Below, piece after piece: positions 30,157 to 39,269 of a stretch of 64,000 nt of DNA. Source of the DNA: a virus. A program made the translations under genes and the position numbers. Below the pieces are notes generated by a model, which was given only the letters and a program-made list of their open reading frames with translations, did not search any database and was not told the DNA's origin. The DNA lies in the IMG/VR virus record IMGVR_UViG_3300046804_003294, positions 3,280 to 67,279 of that record; one strand, given 5' to 3'. Every line of letters begins with the position of its first letter. The first letter of the stretch is position 1.

Positions 30157-31081
30157 AGTGCTCCAGCAGTTGATCTGCTTCCTTGAAAATGGTTTCGAGG
30201 GAGGTCATCTGTGGTTGGTAGCCAAGCTCTGCTGCTTTATAGTTTTTTGAATAATAGTTTGGTTTCACGCCGGTCGGAGCTATGATGATGCGCTCCGTGA
30301 TAGCGTACCGCAAGTTATACCGCGCGCTCATCGACTCAAGCAAGTCGTGCTTGCTTATTGGCGCTTTTGTGTACGCGTCCACCGCGCCGTTGAACCCCGG
30401 CGCATTTAGAATACAGAAGATCAGGCGGTGCAGGTCTTCGGGTCCGATGTAGTCGCGCATCAGCGGTGTGTCATCAATCGCATAGGGCGTGCCGTTTAAC
30501 CCCTGCAAACGAATGACTGCCCTTAACATCTCCATGATCATGTAGCGTAGCTCAAGCGACTGCGTGTGGCTGAAGTAATTAAACACACGCAAGTCCACTA
30601 TGTGTTTCTGAAACAGCGTGCGGTGTTTGATCTCAGCCAGCCACTTCGCCAGCCCATAGTAGTGCTGCTTCTCAATGCGCTGCGGATACGTGACAGGTGT
30701 GTTGGGTTCTGCTGGCTTATCAAACGTGCCGCCGTACGCTGCCCCGCTGGAGATAAAGATGTACTTGGTATCAGGGCGGCGCATAAACTGCAGCGCTAAC
30801 TCATCGTACGTTCTAGTCAGATCAAACATGGCGTCCTGCATGGTCGCCAGCTTCGCCGGGTCGCCTATACCCACGAAGTTAATCACCGCGTCAACGTAGA
30901 ACTGCCTGCCACGCAGCACATGGTAGTGCATGGACGTGAAGCTCTTGTATCCAATGTCGAACATGAACTGCTGCACGCTATCAGGGTTGCGCGAGAACAG
31001 CAAGAGCGTGTGCTCATCGTTACACTGAACGATAAAGTCTTTTGCGATTTGGCTGGTAGCTCCAAGGATAGCTATCTTCAT
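30134..31081 (-). CDS. NAD-dependent epimerase/dehydratase/reductase (extended SDR)
   Basis: ILGATSQIA Rossmann loop, FISSGAAYG, YGLAK (YxxxK), RVFNYF, RDYI. Confidence 0.85.
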   Translation of the reverse strand: MKIAILGATSQIAKDFIVQCNDEHTLLLFSRNPDSVQQFMFDIGYKSFTSMHYHVLRGRQFYVDAVINFVGIGDPAKLATMQDAMFDLTRTYDELALQFMRRPDTKYIFISSGAAYGGTFDKPAEPNTPVTYPQRIEKQHYYGLAKWLAEIKHRTLFQKHIVDLRVFNYFSHTQSLELRYMIMEMLRAVIRLQGLNGTPYAIDDTPLMRDYIGPEDLHRLIFCILNAPGFNGAVDAYTKAPISKHDLLESMSARYNLRYAITERIIIAPTGVKPNYYSKNYKAAELGYQPQMTSLETIFKEADQLLEHYDPGSQS

Positions 31082-31809
31082 TTGTTCACCATCTCAGCGG
31101 CTAGTTCTTCGTCAGACAGGAAAGGCACCATGTCATGCAGGGGCGCTTGCTTGCCGTCTTTAAAGCCCTGCGACGGCAGGATTTGTTGTGTACGCAAACA
31201 CAGAACGCCCACGATATACGGGCTTGGCGCTGAAAATATAGTGGGCAAATGCTTTTTCATAACAGCAACGCACCACGTATCAACGAACGGAATACCAAAC
31301 GCTTTTGCAATATTTGCAAAGTCCGGGAACCATACGCCAGTATCGCTGTCCACGCCATGCACGTTGCCATAGAACCTTGATTGTGTGTTCTTAATACTGA
31401 GATACCCGCGGTTGTTCAGTATGATGACCTTGATCGGTAGTTTATGTTCTTTAATTACAGCCAGCTCCTGCATGTTGGACATGAAGCTGCCATCACCAAC
31501 GATACAGATGACATTCTTAGCGCCTGCTTTAGCCACGCCGATGGCAGCAGGTAGTGCCCACCCCATATCGCCCTGTGACTGACTCATTACCAGCCGTTGT
31601 GTGCCTTTGAACTTGTACGCCTGCGGCACCATGTAAAACGCGCTGCCAGCGTCGCACATGATTACAGCATCGTCTGCGCTGTGCTGATGAATGGCTTCAA
31701 GGACTGTGTAAATGTTCAGGCCATGCGTGTCGTCCATATACTCAGGCTGCATCACAGGCCACTTGGCCTTCCAGTGCTGGCACTTTGCTACCCATTCTTC
31801 CCGCGTCAT
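31078..31809 (-). CDS. ThDP-dependent enzyme, C-terminal (PP) subunit; YerE/AHAS-like
   Basis: GDMGWALPAAIG, GDGSFMSNMQEL...ILNNRGY ThDP motif; own GGAG RBS and ATGA overlap. Confidence 0.85.
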   Translation of the reverse strand: MTREEWVAKCQHWKAKWPVMQPEYMDDTHGLNIYTVLEAIHQHSADDAVIMCDAGSAFYMVPQAYKFKGTQRLVMSQSQGDMGWALPAAIGVAKAGAKNVICIVGDGSFMSNMQELAVIKEHKLPIKVIILNNRGYLSIKNTQSRFYGNVHGVDSDTGVWFPDFANIAKAFGIPFVDTWCVAVMKKHLPTIFSAPSPYIVGVLCLRTQQILPSQGFKDGKQAPLHDMVPFLSDEELAAEMVNK

Positions 31810-32813
31810 AGCATGGCTCCAAAGAAATTCTGAACGCTTGTATGTATCTTCCAATCCACCGGGATGATGTCTTTGTTCAGTTCATCCTGTTCGATGTCCA
31901 CGTATATCTTGTAGGCCGTGGGGTTGAACTGCTTGGGGTCGTAGCCGATGACAGGCGCGCCCAATGACGTGCCCAAGAACAACAGCAGGTCAGCGTTCTG
32001 CATGGCGAAGTTACCCGCGCGGTTACCACGCACACCGGGTGTGCCGATGTTTAGTGGGTGATCGTACGGCGCGTAGTCCTGTGCGCCATAAGTGGTGACG
32101 AAAGGTATCTGGTACTTTTCTACAAAATCCCTGAACGCAACCACGCGGTTCGCTTGCCGTATACCCACACCAGCGACAATCAAAGGCCGGTCGCTTGCAT
32201 AAATCTTTTTCCACACATCAGCCGCGTCAACAGGTGCAGCGGCAAACTCTTTGTAGTTAAGGTTTCGGAGTTCCGGCATCTGTGCGGTCTGGACGTTAGC
32301 AGGTATGTCCACCCACACGGGGCCGGGACGTCCGGTTGTGGCAAAAAACACAGCAGCTTTTAAGGCATCCTCAACAACTTCAGGGCTGCTTACAAAATAT
32401 GAATCCTTAGTGATGGACTCCATAGTGCTAACTATATTGTGCTCTTGTGCGCCGTAGTGCCTGATGCGTATGTTCCGTTCTTTGTTAATATATTGCGCAG
32501 TGTTGTCCAGCCTCACGTTGCCCGATAGAAAAAGAACAGGAACACCGTCCTGATAACCATTAAGGACACTGGTACTGCAGTTAGTCCCAGCACAGCCAGT
32601 TGTAGGGTTAACAACAGCCAGTTGACCTGTGTACTTTGCTTCTCCGAGTGCTGCATGGCCTGCTCCTTGCTCGTGGTGATAACAAATGTATTCAATGCCG
32701 GGGTGCTTGATGAAGCCATCATTCAGCCCCGCTGCACCCCCGCCCATCAACCCATGCACACGCCGCACGCCTATGCTGTGCAGGTACTCAGCTATCCAAT
32801 CAGCTACTCTCAT
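31806..32813 (-). CDS. ThDP-dependent enzyme, N-terminal (PYR plus middle) subunit; YerE/AHAS-like
   Basis: MRVADWIA, HHEQGAGHAA catalytic Glu, GRPGPVWVDIP, GNRAGNFAMQNADLLL. Confidence 0.87.
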   Translation of the reverse strand: MRVADWIAEYLHSIGVRRVHGLMGGGAAGLNDGFIKHPGIEYICYHHEQGAGHAALGEAKYTGQLAVVNPTTGCAGTNCSTSVLNGYQDGVPVLFLSGNVRLDNTAQYINKERNIRIRHYGAQEHNIVSTMESITKDSYFVSSPEVVEDALKAAVFFATTGRPGPVWVDIPANVQTAQMPELRNLNYKEFAAAPVDAADVWKKIYASDRPLIVAGVGIRQANRVVAFRDFVEKYQIPFVTTYGAQDYAPYDHPLNIGTPGVRGNRAGNFAMQNADLLLFLGTSLGAPVIGYDPKQFNPTAYKIYVDIEQDELNKDIIPVDWKIHTSVQNFFGAML

Positions 32814-34048
32814 CAGAAGTGCCCCATAAATTCGTCAATCTTCTCCACCATGTACGACAGCATCTCCGCAGTCAGCGCAGGCTGCACGCCAACCCACAGC
32901 AGGTTCTTCATGATGTCGTCCGAGATACGCAGGTCACCCACTACACGATAGTTCCTGCCCTGCATGTACGGCTGCTTGGTCACGTTGCCAGCGAACAGCA
33001 AACGTGTGCCGATGTTGTTGTCGTTCAGGTAGCGCACAAACGTATCCCGATCAAAGTTAACATCAGTCAACCAGATGGGGTAGCCAAACCATGAAGGGTT
33101 GGCGTCAGGGTAGACCGTGGGCGAGACAAGGTTTAATGCGTGCTCGCTTAGCTCGTGGTTCAGGTACTCAAAGTTGCGCCTGCGTGCTGCAACAAAGTTC
33201 TCCACCTGCTCAAGCTGTGCCACGCCACACGCTGCCTGCATCTCGGTGATCTTCAGGTTGTAGCCGAGATGACTGAAGATGTACTTGTGGTCATACCCGC
33301 AGGGAAGCTCGCCCATCTGCCAATCAAAGCGCTTGCCACACGTGTTGTCCTTGCCCGGTGAGCACCAGCAGTCACGCCCCCAATCCCTGAACGACTCCAC
33401 CGCACGAACGAGAGACGTGTCGTTGATGATGACCGCCCCGCCCTCGCCCATCGTGATGTGGTGCGCCGGGAAGAAAGATAGCGTAGCCAGATGGCCGAAG
33501 GTGCCAACCTTCTGGTTTCTCCACGTCGCGCCCAGTGCGTCGCAGCAGTCCTCGATCAGCCACAGGTCATGCCGCTCGGCAAACGGTACAACTTCCTCAA
33601 GATTGAAGGGGTTGCCCAGTGTGTGCGCAATCATGATGGCGCGGGTCTTGGGCGAGATGGCATCCTCCAGCGTTCTGGTGTCGATGTTCAACGTGCTGTT
33701 GACATCCACAAACACAGGCACACAGCCGTTCTGGATGATGGGATTGATGGTCGTGGGGAAGCCGCAGGCCACAGTGATGACCTCATCACCGGGCTTGATG
33801 GCACGCGACCCCAGAGTGGGAGAAGTTAGCGCAGTAAACGCCAGCAGGTTGGCAGAGCTACCTGAGTTCGTGGTGCGCACCATAGGCGGCACACCAAAAC
33901 CATGACCTAGATATTCACCCAGCCTGCTCTCGAACTGCGCGTTGTAAGCGCCAGCAGTAAGCCAGCCAACGTCAACAGCGTTGTGCATCAGCTCTTTCTC
34001 ACGCTCACCGATGACCTGCCCGGAGGCAGGAATGAATGTGTTTCTCAT
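32813..34048 (-). CDS. rfbH: CDP-4-keto-6-deoxy-D-glucose 3-dehydratase (E1, RfbH/DdhC/AscC)
   Basis: DegT fold (NSGSSANL); SFFPAHHITMGEGG with His in place of the Schiff-base Lys; EDCCDALG and RDCWC..GKDNTCGKRF Fe-S cysteines; YDHKY.FSHLGYNLK. Confidence 0.9.
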   Translation of the reverse strand: MRNTFIPASGQVIGEREKELMHNAVDVGWLTAGAYNAQFESRLGEYLGHGFGVPPMVRTTNSGSSANLLAFTALTSPTLGSRAIKPGDEVITVACGFPTTINPIIQNGCVPVFVDVNSTLNIDTRTLEDAISPKTRAIMIAHTLGNPFNLEEVVPFAERHDLWLIEDCCDALGATWRNQKVGTFGHLATLSFFPAHHITMGEGGAVIINDTSLVRAVESFRDWGRDCWCSPGKDNTCGKRFDWQMGELPCGYDHKYIFSHLGYNLKITEMQAACGVAQLEQVENFVAARRRNFEYLNHELSEHALNLVSPTVYPDANPSWFGYPIWLTDVNFDRDTFVRYLNDNNIGTRLLFAGNVTKQPYMQGRNYRVVGDLRISDDIMKNLLWVGVQPALTAEMLSYMVEKIDEFMGHF

Positions 34049-34839
34049 ACAGGCGTCCGTTCCGGTAAGGCTGCGGGTTGTTCTTGCTTGACATACACAT
34101 CAGGCGGCGGGGTCAACACACCGTCAAAGATGTGCGTACCGACGTGCCCAAGCTGCGCCCACGGTGCAGCCCATACCTGACCACCGCACTTCTCACGCCA
34201 CATCTTGCAGAAGTAATAGTCCTCAGACAGCAGACGCTCGCCCATCGGCTCGATGCTGGTTGCGAAGTACTCGACGATGCGGTCTTGTCCTATGGTGCCG
34301 CCCAGATCGTTGGTGTCGTTGATGTAGCTTGGCAGCTTGTCTTTCAGTTGCTCAAAGACCTCACGCTTGATCAGCATGAACCCAGTGCCGCCGTTCCATA
34401 TCTCAACAGGCTCGTTGAGATTGACTTGTACTTGATCAGCATAACCAACAAGGTTGACCACGAACGAACCAGAGAACATGCGCAGCTTCTCTGCTGGCAC
34501 ACCAGCTATCGCAGCCTTTCGCACCTGCTCCCAGTTGATTTCCTTCTTGGGATAGATGCCACAGATGATGGGCTTGTCAGCGTGAATCATGCGTAAGATG
34601 TCTTGCGGATTAAACCTGATGTCCGCGTCGATGAACATCATGTGCGTGAAGTCAGTACGCATAAAACCATGCGCCAGTGCATTGCGCGCACGCTGAATGA
34701 GCGACTCGTTAAAGAGGTACGACACAGCGGTGTTGATGCCGTTCTGCCCCATCAGCGCTTGCAGTTGCAGCATGGACTGACTGAAGTAGCCATAGTTCTG
34801 GCCTCCGTACATTGGCGTGGCGATGAATAGCTTGGTCAT
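34045..34839 (-). CDS. GT-A fold glycosyltransferase-like protein
   Basis: IATPMYGG, RARN, FIDAD (DxD), GTGFMLI, SEDYYFC, LGHVG. Confidence 0.75.
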   Translation of the reverse strand: MTKLFIATPMYGGQNYGYFSQSMLQLQALMGQNGINTAVSYLFNESLIQRARNALAHGFMRTDFTHMMFIDADIRFNPQDILRMIHADKPIICGIYPKKEINWEQVRKAAIAGVPAEKLRMFSGSFVVNLVGYADQVQVNLNEPVEIWNGGTGFMLIKREVFEQLKDKLPSYINDTNDLGGTIGQDRIVEYFATSIEPMGERLLSEDYYFCKMWREKCGGQVWAAPWAQLGHVGTHIFDGVLTPPPDVYVKQEQPAALPERTPV

Positions 34840-34847
34840 GTGTGCTC

Positions 34848-35567
34848 CTAGTATTTAAAGATGGATTTTTGTAGCCACGCAAAGTCGGGCATCTTGTTAC
34901 GCATGTATTCGTTGTTGCCTAAAAACTTCTCCGCTGTCATACCCCCTGTGCCATCACGCGATAGCCTGTAGTTGACTGAGTGCTTGCCTGTGGCGCCGCA
35001 TGAAACCTTCGCCTGACACAGCGCGCGCATGAACGCCCTGTCAGATACCACTGGTACATACCACTCATGGCTGTGTTTCTTAGCCACGTCATTGCGCACC
35101 GCATAGCACGAGTTGTCCACGAGGTAGTGGTTGTGTGAGTTAGGATGCAGCCCCAGTGATTCGCAGTTGTCATCGCATATCCAGTTGCCATCAGCGTCAA
35201 CGATACGGCGCAGGCTGTACGCCCAGCCAAGATCGTGCTCTTCGATCATGCCCACCAGTTCCTCGATGTGCGTTGGCTCGTACCAGTTGTCGTCATCCAG
35301 ATAGAAGATCACGTCCTCATCTACAAGGAAAGGAGAAGCAGCAAAGACAGGAGCCATACCATAACCACCACCTCCGTTGGCAGCAGGCAGATAAACAACA
35401 TCAACGTCACAGCCCTCTGTAGAAGCCGATACAGCGTCCCAACAATCTTTGCCGTGTGCGAAGACATAGTGTCGTGCTCCTCGTGTTTGTGCCTTGACGC
35501 TTTCAATCGCCTGCCTGATCAGCGGACGACCGCGTGTGCTGGTTACTACTGCTACAGATAACGTCAT
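34848..35567 (-). CDS. glycosyltransferase family 2
   Basis: VAVVT...AIESVKAQT, YLDDDNW (DxD), SD motif, NYR. Confidence 0.85.
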   Translation of the reverse strand: MTLSVAVVTSTRGRPLIRQAIESVKAQTRGARHYVFAHGKDCWDAVSASTEGCDVDVVYLPAANGGGGYGMAPVFAASPFLVDEDVIFYLDDDNWYEPTHIEELVGMIEEHDLGWAYSLRRIVDADGNWICDDNCESLGLHPNSHNHYLVDNSCYAVRNDVAKKHSHEWYVPVVSDRAFMRALCQAKVSCGATGKHSVNYRLSRDGTGGMTAEKFLGNNEYMRNKMPDFAWLQKSIFKY

Positions 35568-36328
35568 GTATTGTTCCTTCCTGCTCTCATCAAGTCACCT
35601 GCATAGACGTGCTGCCCCACATGGCGCAGCTCTATCGTTGGGTCAGCGTATATGTGTCCGCCTTCTTTTTTCCACAGCTCACAAAAATGATAGTCCTCGG
35701 ATAGCAGAAGCCCAAGCTCTGTGATAGACGTGCCGAAGAACTCGCGTGTAAGCGGTGCCAAGAACTGTCCGTTAGCCGGGTTGGTAATTAGTGACGTGCG
35801 ATAGGTCGGCACCTTAAAGCGCAGCACCTTGAACACATCTCTGTGTATCAGCATGAACCCTGTGCCACCGTGCAGCACCTCGACCAGACCATCCTCACCA
35901 ACAGGCACCTTGTCACCATCGTCAGCCACAGCGTTTAGCACATAGCTGCAACCGAACTTGTCAATGTCTGTCTCACCGCGCAGCGCTGCTTCGCGGATGC
36001 GATCCCAGAACAAAAACTTCTTGGGGTACACACCGCAGCAGATAGACTTGTTGTGCTCCAGCAGGCGGTAGATAGCGTCTGTGGGGAACCAAATGTCCGC
36101 GTCAATGAACATCAGGTAGTCATCCCTCGTTTCATCTAGGAAGTATCTGACTATCTCGTTTCTCGCGCGGGTAATCAGGGCTTCCTTGTTCATGAACTGC
36201 CAGCGCGTCTTGATGCCCTTGCTTTCCAAGAAGCTGACGTTGCGCAGCAAGCTGTCCGTGTATTCCATGAAGGATGCGCCACCGTACATCGGTGTGCCGA
36301 TCATGATCGTTGGCTTGCCGTCTATCAT
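35564..36328 (-). CDS. GT-A fold glycosyltransferase-like protein (paralog of 34045-34839)
   Basis: IGTPMYGG, RARN, FIDAD, GTGFMLI, SEDYHFC, LRHVG. Confidence 0.75.
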   Translation of the reverse strand: MIDGKPTIMIGTPMYGGASFMEYTDSLLRNVSFLESKGIKTRWQFMNKEALITRARNEIVRYFLDETRDDYLMFIDADIWFPTDAIYRLLEHNKSICCGVYPKKFLFWDRIREAALRGETDIDKFGCSYVLNAVADDGDKVPVGEDGLVEVLHGGTGFMLIHRDVFKVLRFKVPTYRTSLITNPANGQFLAPLTREFFGTSITELGLLLSEDYHFCELWKKEGGHIYADPTIELRHVGQHVYAGDLMRAGRNNT

Positions 36329-37263
36329 GCTGCCTCCATGTGCTTGATCATCATGTCAACGAAGTGCGTGTTGTAGAACTGCTCCGCTTGCGGCGAGGCA
36401 ATGAAGTCGTGCATCGCTGTCATGTACTTCATGTAGTCGTCGTATGTGATGTCGTTCAAGAACTCCAGCAGGTCTTCGTAAAACTTGAAGCGGCGCATGT
36501 CAATGAAGCACTCAGCCGGTATGTGGTCAGTCACGTTAGGCGCACCCCAGTACACAGGCACAACGCCTGCCAGCAGGCAGTCCAGCATCTTCTCTGTGAT
36601 GTAACCTCGCGCATGGTTGCAGTTCTCGAACGCTATGCAGAAGCGGTAGTTCTTCAAGACCTGCATCTTGTTCTCTGCTGCACCACGCCATGATGGGAAG
36701 CCTTGCCAGTTCCTGCCCCACAGATCGAACATGCCTGACGCTTTGCCTTCAAAGAACCTGATGATGTTCTCGCGCTTGCCATACAGGCTGCTCGGATGGT
36801 CGTTGCGCTTTCTCGTTTGCATCAGAACGATGGGCTTTCTCAGCATGAACTGCTCGCGTGTTAGCGCCAGTGGGCGAGCGTCTTGCAGGTCGGCCGTGAA
36901 GTTGTGTTTGAAATACTTCACGTTGTCCACCAGCCGGTCATCCCATGTGAACACCTTGTCGCAGTGGTCGTGGAAAGTCTTGTTCCAGTTCTGCGGAATC
37001 AACATGTCCGGTTCATAAATGAGAAAGAACGTGCGCTTGGACTCAGGCGCAGGCTGGCTAGGGTAGTCCATCAGGATTAACAGATCAGCTTCGTTTTCAT
37101 TGAACTGGTCAGGCGTGTATAGCTTGATGCCGCGCTCGTCCGCCGCCAAGAACAGATCGTTGAAAGGCTTCAACAGGTTGTAACCAATGTCGCTTTCCTT
37201 GTTCGTGAACAAGTAACCGTTGGTCGTGATGAAGCTGTAATGGTTTTGTATGACGACATTCAT
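36325..37263 (-). CDS. GT10 (alpha-1,3-fucosyltransferase-like) glycosyltransferase
   Basis: YRFCIAFEN...GYITEK..D...AG.VPVYWGAPNV...IP..CFID. Confidence 0.88.
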   Translation of the reverse strand: MNVVIQNHYSFITTNGYLFTNKESDIGYNLLKPFNDLFLAADERGIKLYTPDQFNENEADLLILMDYPSQPAPESKRTFFLIYEPDMLIPQNWNKTFHDHCDKVFTWDDRLVDNVKYFKHNFTADLQDARPLALTREQFMLRKPIVLMQTRKRNDHPSSLYGKRENIIRFFEGKASGMFDLWGRNWQGFPSWRGAAENKMQVLKNYRFCIAFENCNHARGYITEKMLDCLLAGVVPVYWGAPNVTDHIPAECFIDMRRFKFYEDLLEFLNDITYDDYMKYMTAMHDFIASPQAEQFYNTHFVDMMIKHMEAA

Positions 37264-37484
37264 GTGTTCTTCTCTTTTAGTATTCGCTCAATTACATCAA
37301 ATGCATCCGAAATACTTATCTGGTTTGTGTGTAAAGGAATTCCAGCTATACGTTTATCTTCTGGGGTCAGCCCAACCCACGTGTCACCGCCTTCCCACGG
37401 CAGCGGACGCCCGGACAACTCATAGGCTTTGTGTCGCCAGTTTCTTGCGCTTTCCTTGTAGCGTTCGCAGTCAGGGCATGTCAT
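37260..37484 (-). CDS. small hypothetical protein (WVGLT...LKEKNT type)
   Basis: ATGA-coupled; shares its C-terminus with the next gene. Confidence 0.7.
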   Translation of the reverse strand: MTCPDCERYKESARNWRHKAYELSGRPLPWEGGDTWVGLTPEDKRIAGIPLHTNQISISDAFDVIERILKEKNT

Positions 37485-37801
37485 GTGTTCTTCTCCTTCA
37501 GCTTGGCTTCAACCATTGCTGCAACATATCCTCGTTCTGACGGTTCGCAGGAGAACAATATTTCGAGCACTTCATCTTTACTTAGACCCTGCCATTCGCG
37601 CGCCAACGTGACCTCTACCCCCTCGTCTACACGATGGTCGTAACACGCGCACCCGCGCTCCCAACATGCTTTCTCTACGATCATTGTTTCCACCCGCATG
37701 GCAAACGCTTCCAGATGCGCCAGCGCTGACTCATGCCACGGCTTGCCGCTGTCGTCTCCCCATACTTCTTTCGCTATTCTGATGACGTCTTCTTTTTTCA
37801 T
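37481..37801 (-). CDS. small hypothetical protein (WQGLS...LKEKNT type)
   Basis: Start at ATGA overlap 37798-37801. Confidence 0.7.
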   Translation of the reverse strand: MKKEDVIRIAKEVWGDDSGKPWHESALAHLEAFAMRVETMIVEKACWERGCACYDHRVDEGVEVTLAREWQGLSKDEVLEILFSCEPSERGYVAAMVEAKLKEKNT

Positions 37802-38085
37802 GTCGCCCCCCATGTTCTGTGCTTCTCGGCAACCCATTCCATGCCGTCGTATTCTTCTATCTGCCACTGGACACCATCTGGTATTTCGACAATGCCTAAG
37901 CTTGCGAACTGTCCACCTGCTGCATCACCCATTTCTTCTACTACTTGAATAAGCACTGGGTCATTACGCTCCACGCCACGACAGTTCCACCCCTCACCCT
38001 CACTGCCTTTAAGTTCTGCGTACCGTTTCGTAGCTTCATCAGACAAACTGAATCCGCCGTAGTCTTTGTTTATAACTATTTTCAT
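37798..38085 (-). CDS. conserved phage hypothetical protein
   Basis: KIVIN..YGGFSLS...R.DP.L..VVEE...IVEIP...W.IEEYDG.E. Confidence 0.75.
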   Translation of the reverse strand: MKIVINKDYGGFSLSDEATKRYAELKGSEGEGWNCRGVERNDPVLIQVVEEMGDAAGGQFASLGIVEIPDGVQWQIEEYDGMEWVAEKHRTWGAT

Positions 38086-39104
38086 ATCAGTGCATACCTA
38101 TAGACAGGGTTGTATGTGTTGTGATTAAAGTTGTCGTTGCTGCGTGTCCAATGCGCAGCGTTGACGAGGTTGGCTGAAGGACATGACACGCTCTCAAGGC
38201 AGTCCACGATAGCGAGATAGTTCTTCAGGATTGGCAAGCAGGAGACTTTCTCTCCGTACTTGTGGTGATAGCCCCTGTGTTGCATGGGCGTGATGTTGAT
38301 AGCTGTTGTGCCCCTGCTGAGTTTGCGCGCCAGTTCCCACTGGTCAGACAACACAACCGTGCGTGAGCAACGCCGAGCCAGTGCCTCAATGTCGTGCAGA
38401 TAGTGGGCGTATGGTTGCACTGGTGCTTCCGCATACGCTTTGTCGCCGCCTCGTATGAACACCAGACCAGAGCGTGACACGTTAAACAGGTCGCCCTTGT
38501 AATAGCGTCTGATGTCCTTCTCGATCTCCTTGTACTTGGCTTCCTTGAACTGATAGAACTGGCGCAGGTACACCTCGCCGCCCTTGAAAATAAAGTCACG
38601 CATGGACTCGAAGTGCACGGCTTGCGCGTTGTTGGGTAGCTTGTCAAGCAGGTTAAAGCCGAACGTATTGCGGAAGATGTCACCGAACGCTTCCTCGTAG
38701 CCCCACCAGTTGTATGTGTTGTCAATCACCAGCGCCTTGTTCGACAAGCGCGCAACGTATGACGCCACGATGATGTTCTCGATGATGGAGAAAAAGCCAG
38801 AGTCGCGTGGCTGGTAGACCATCGTGCCAGTGGGTATGAACGAAGGCAATAGGTCGTTGTTGTCGTTGAATCCGAGGTAAAAGAAGTATTGCTCGTCGGA
38901 GAGGTTGTAGAACGCGCAAGCGCGCTCCATGCCGAGACACGCAACGATCTCTTGCGCGTAGAAAATATTGGGCGGGAGAGTTTGAGGCAGGCGGGTCTGA
39001 AGGTCAGCCCATGAGAGCTGACCCCAGAAGAATTGACGAGCAGCGATAGCTGCCATGCGAGCAGCATCGCCGTCAGGTGCAGAGTATTTGTGGAATTGAA
39101 TCAT
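38082..39104 (-). CDS. putative GT-B fucosyltransferase-like protein (GT23/NodZ/FUT8-like)
   Basis: GFFS N-terminal loop, FIRGGDK..EA (cf. HVRRxDK..EA), VVLSD, SANL. Confidence 0.55.
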   Translation of the reverse strand: MIQFHKYSAPDGDAARMAAIAARQFFWGQLSWADLQTRLPQTLPPNIFYAQEIVACLGMERACAFYNLSDEQYFFYLGFNDNNDLLPSFIPTGTMVYQPRDSGFFSIIENIIVASYVARLSNKALVIDNTYNWWGYEEAFGDIFRNTFGFNLLDKLPNNAQAVHFESMRDFIFKGGEVYLRQFYQFKEAKYKEIEKDIRRYYKGDLFNVSRSGLVFIRGGDKAYAEAPVQPYAHYLHDIEALARRCSRTVVLSDQWELARKLSRGTTAINITPMQHRGYHHKYGEKVSCLPILKNYLAIVDCLESVSCPSANLVNAAHWTRSNDNFNHNTYNPVYRYALI

Positions 39105-39107
39105 CAG

Positions 39108-39269
39108 TTACCAAAGAGCACGCCCATGTGTTTCAGGCGTTGGGTTAGGTTTAACTACGCGCGGCTGAATGACGAGCGTCCAGCCATCCTGCAAGAACCG
39201 CTGCGCTGATTCTTTATCCCAGAACTTGCGCAGCAGCTTGCCATCCTCGTCGATGACGAGATACCTCAT
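39108..39269 (-). CDS. small hypothetical protein (53 aa, not in ORF track)
   Basis: MRYLVIDEDGKLLRKFWDK...RALW*; ATGA overlap with upstream gene. Confidence 0.65.
   Translation of the reverse strand: MRYLVIDEDGKLLRKFWDKESAQRFLQDGWTLVIQPRVVKPNPTPETHGRALW

Noticed and set aside
31780-31860. Pseudogene or sequencing frameshift in the ThDP enzyme
   Set aside because: The break has an SD plus ATGA overlap at a domain boundary, like other junctions in the operon. The ORF-track start at 31854 is probably too long. Reads were not available to exclude an error fully.
31078-32813. Branched-chain amino acid auxiliary gene (ilvB)
   Set aside because: No ilvC, ilvD or regulatory subunit; flanked by rfbH and an SDR, which fits a YerE-like role better.
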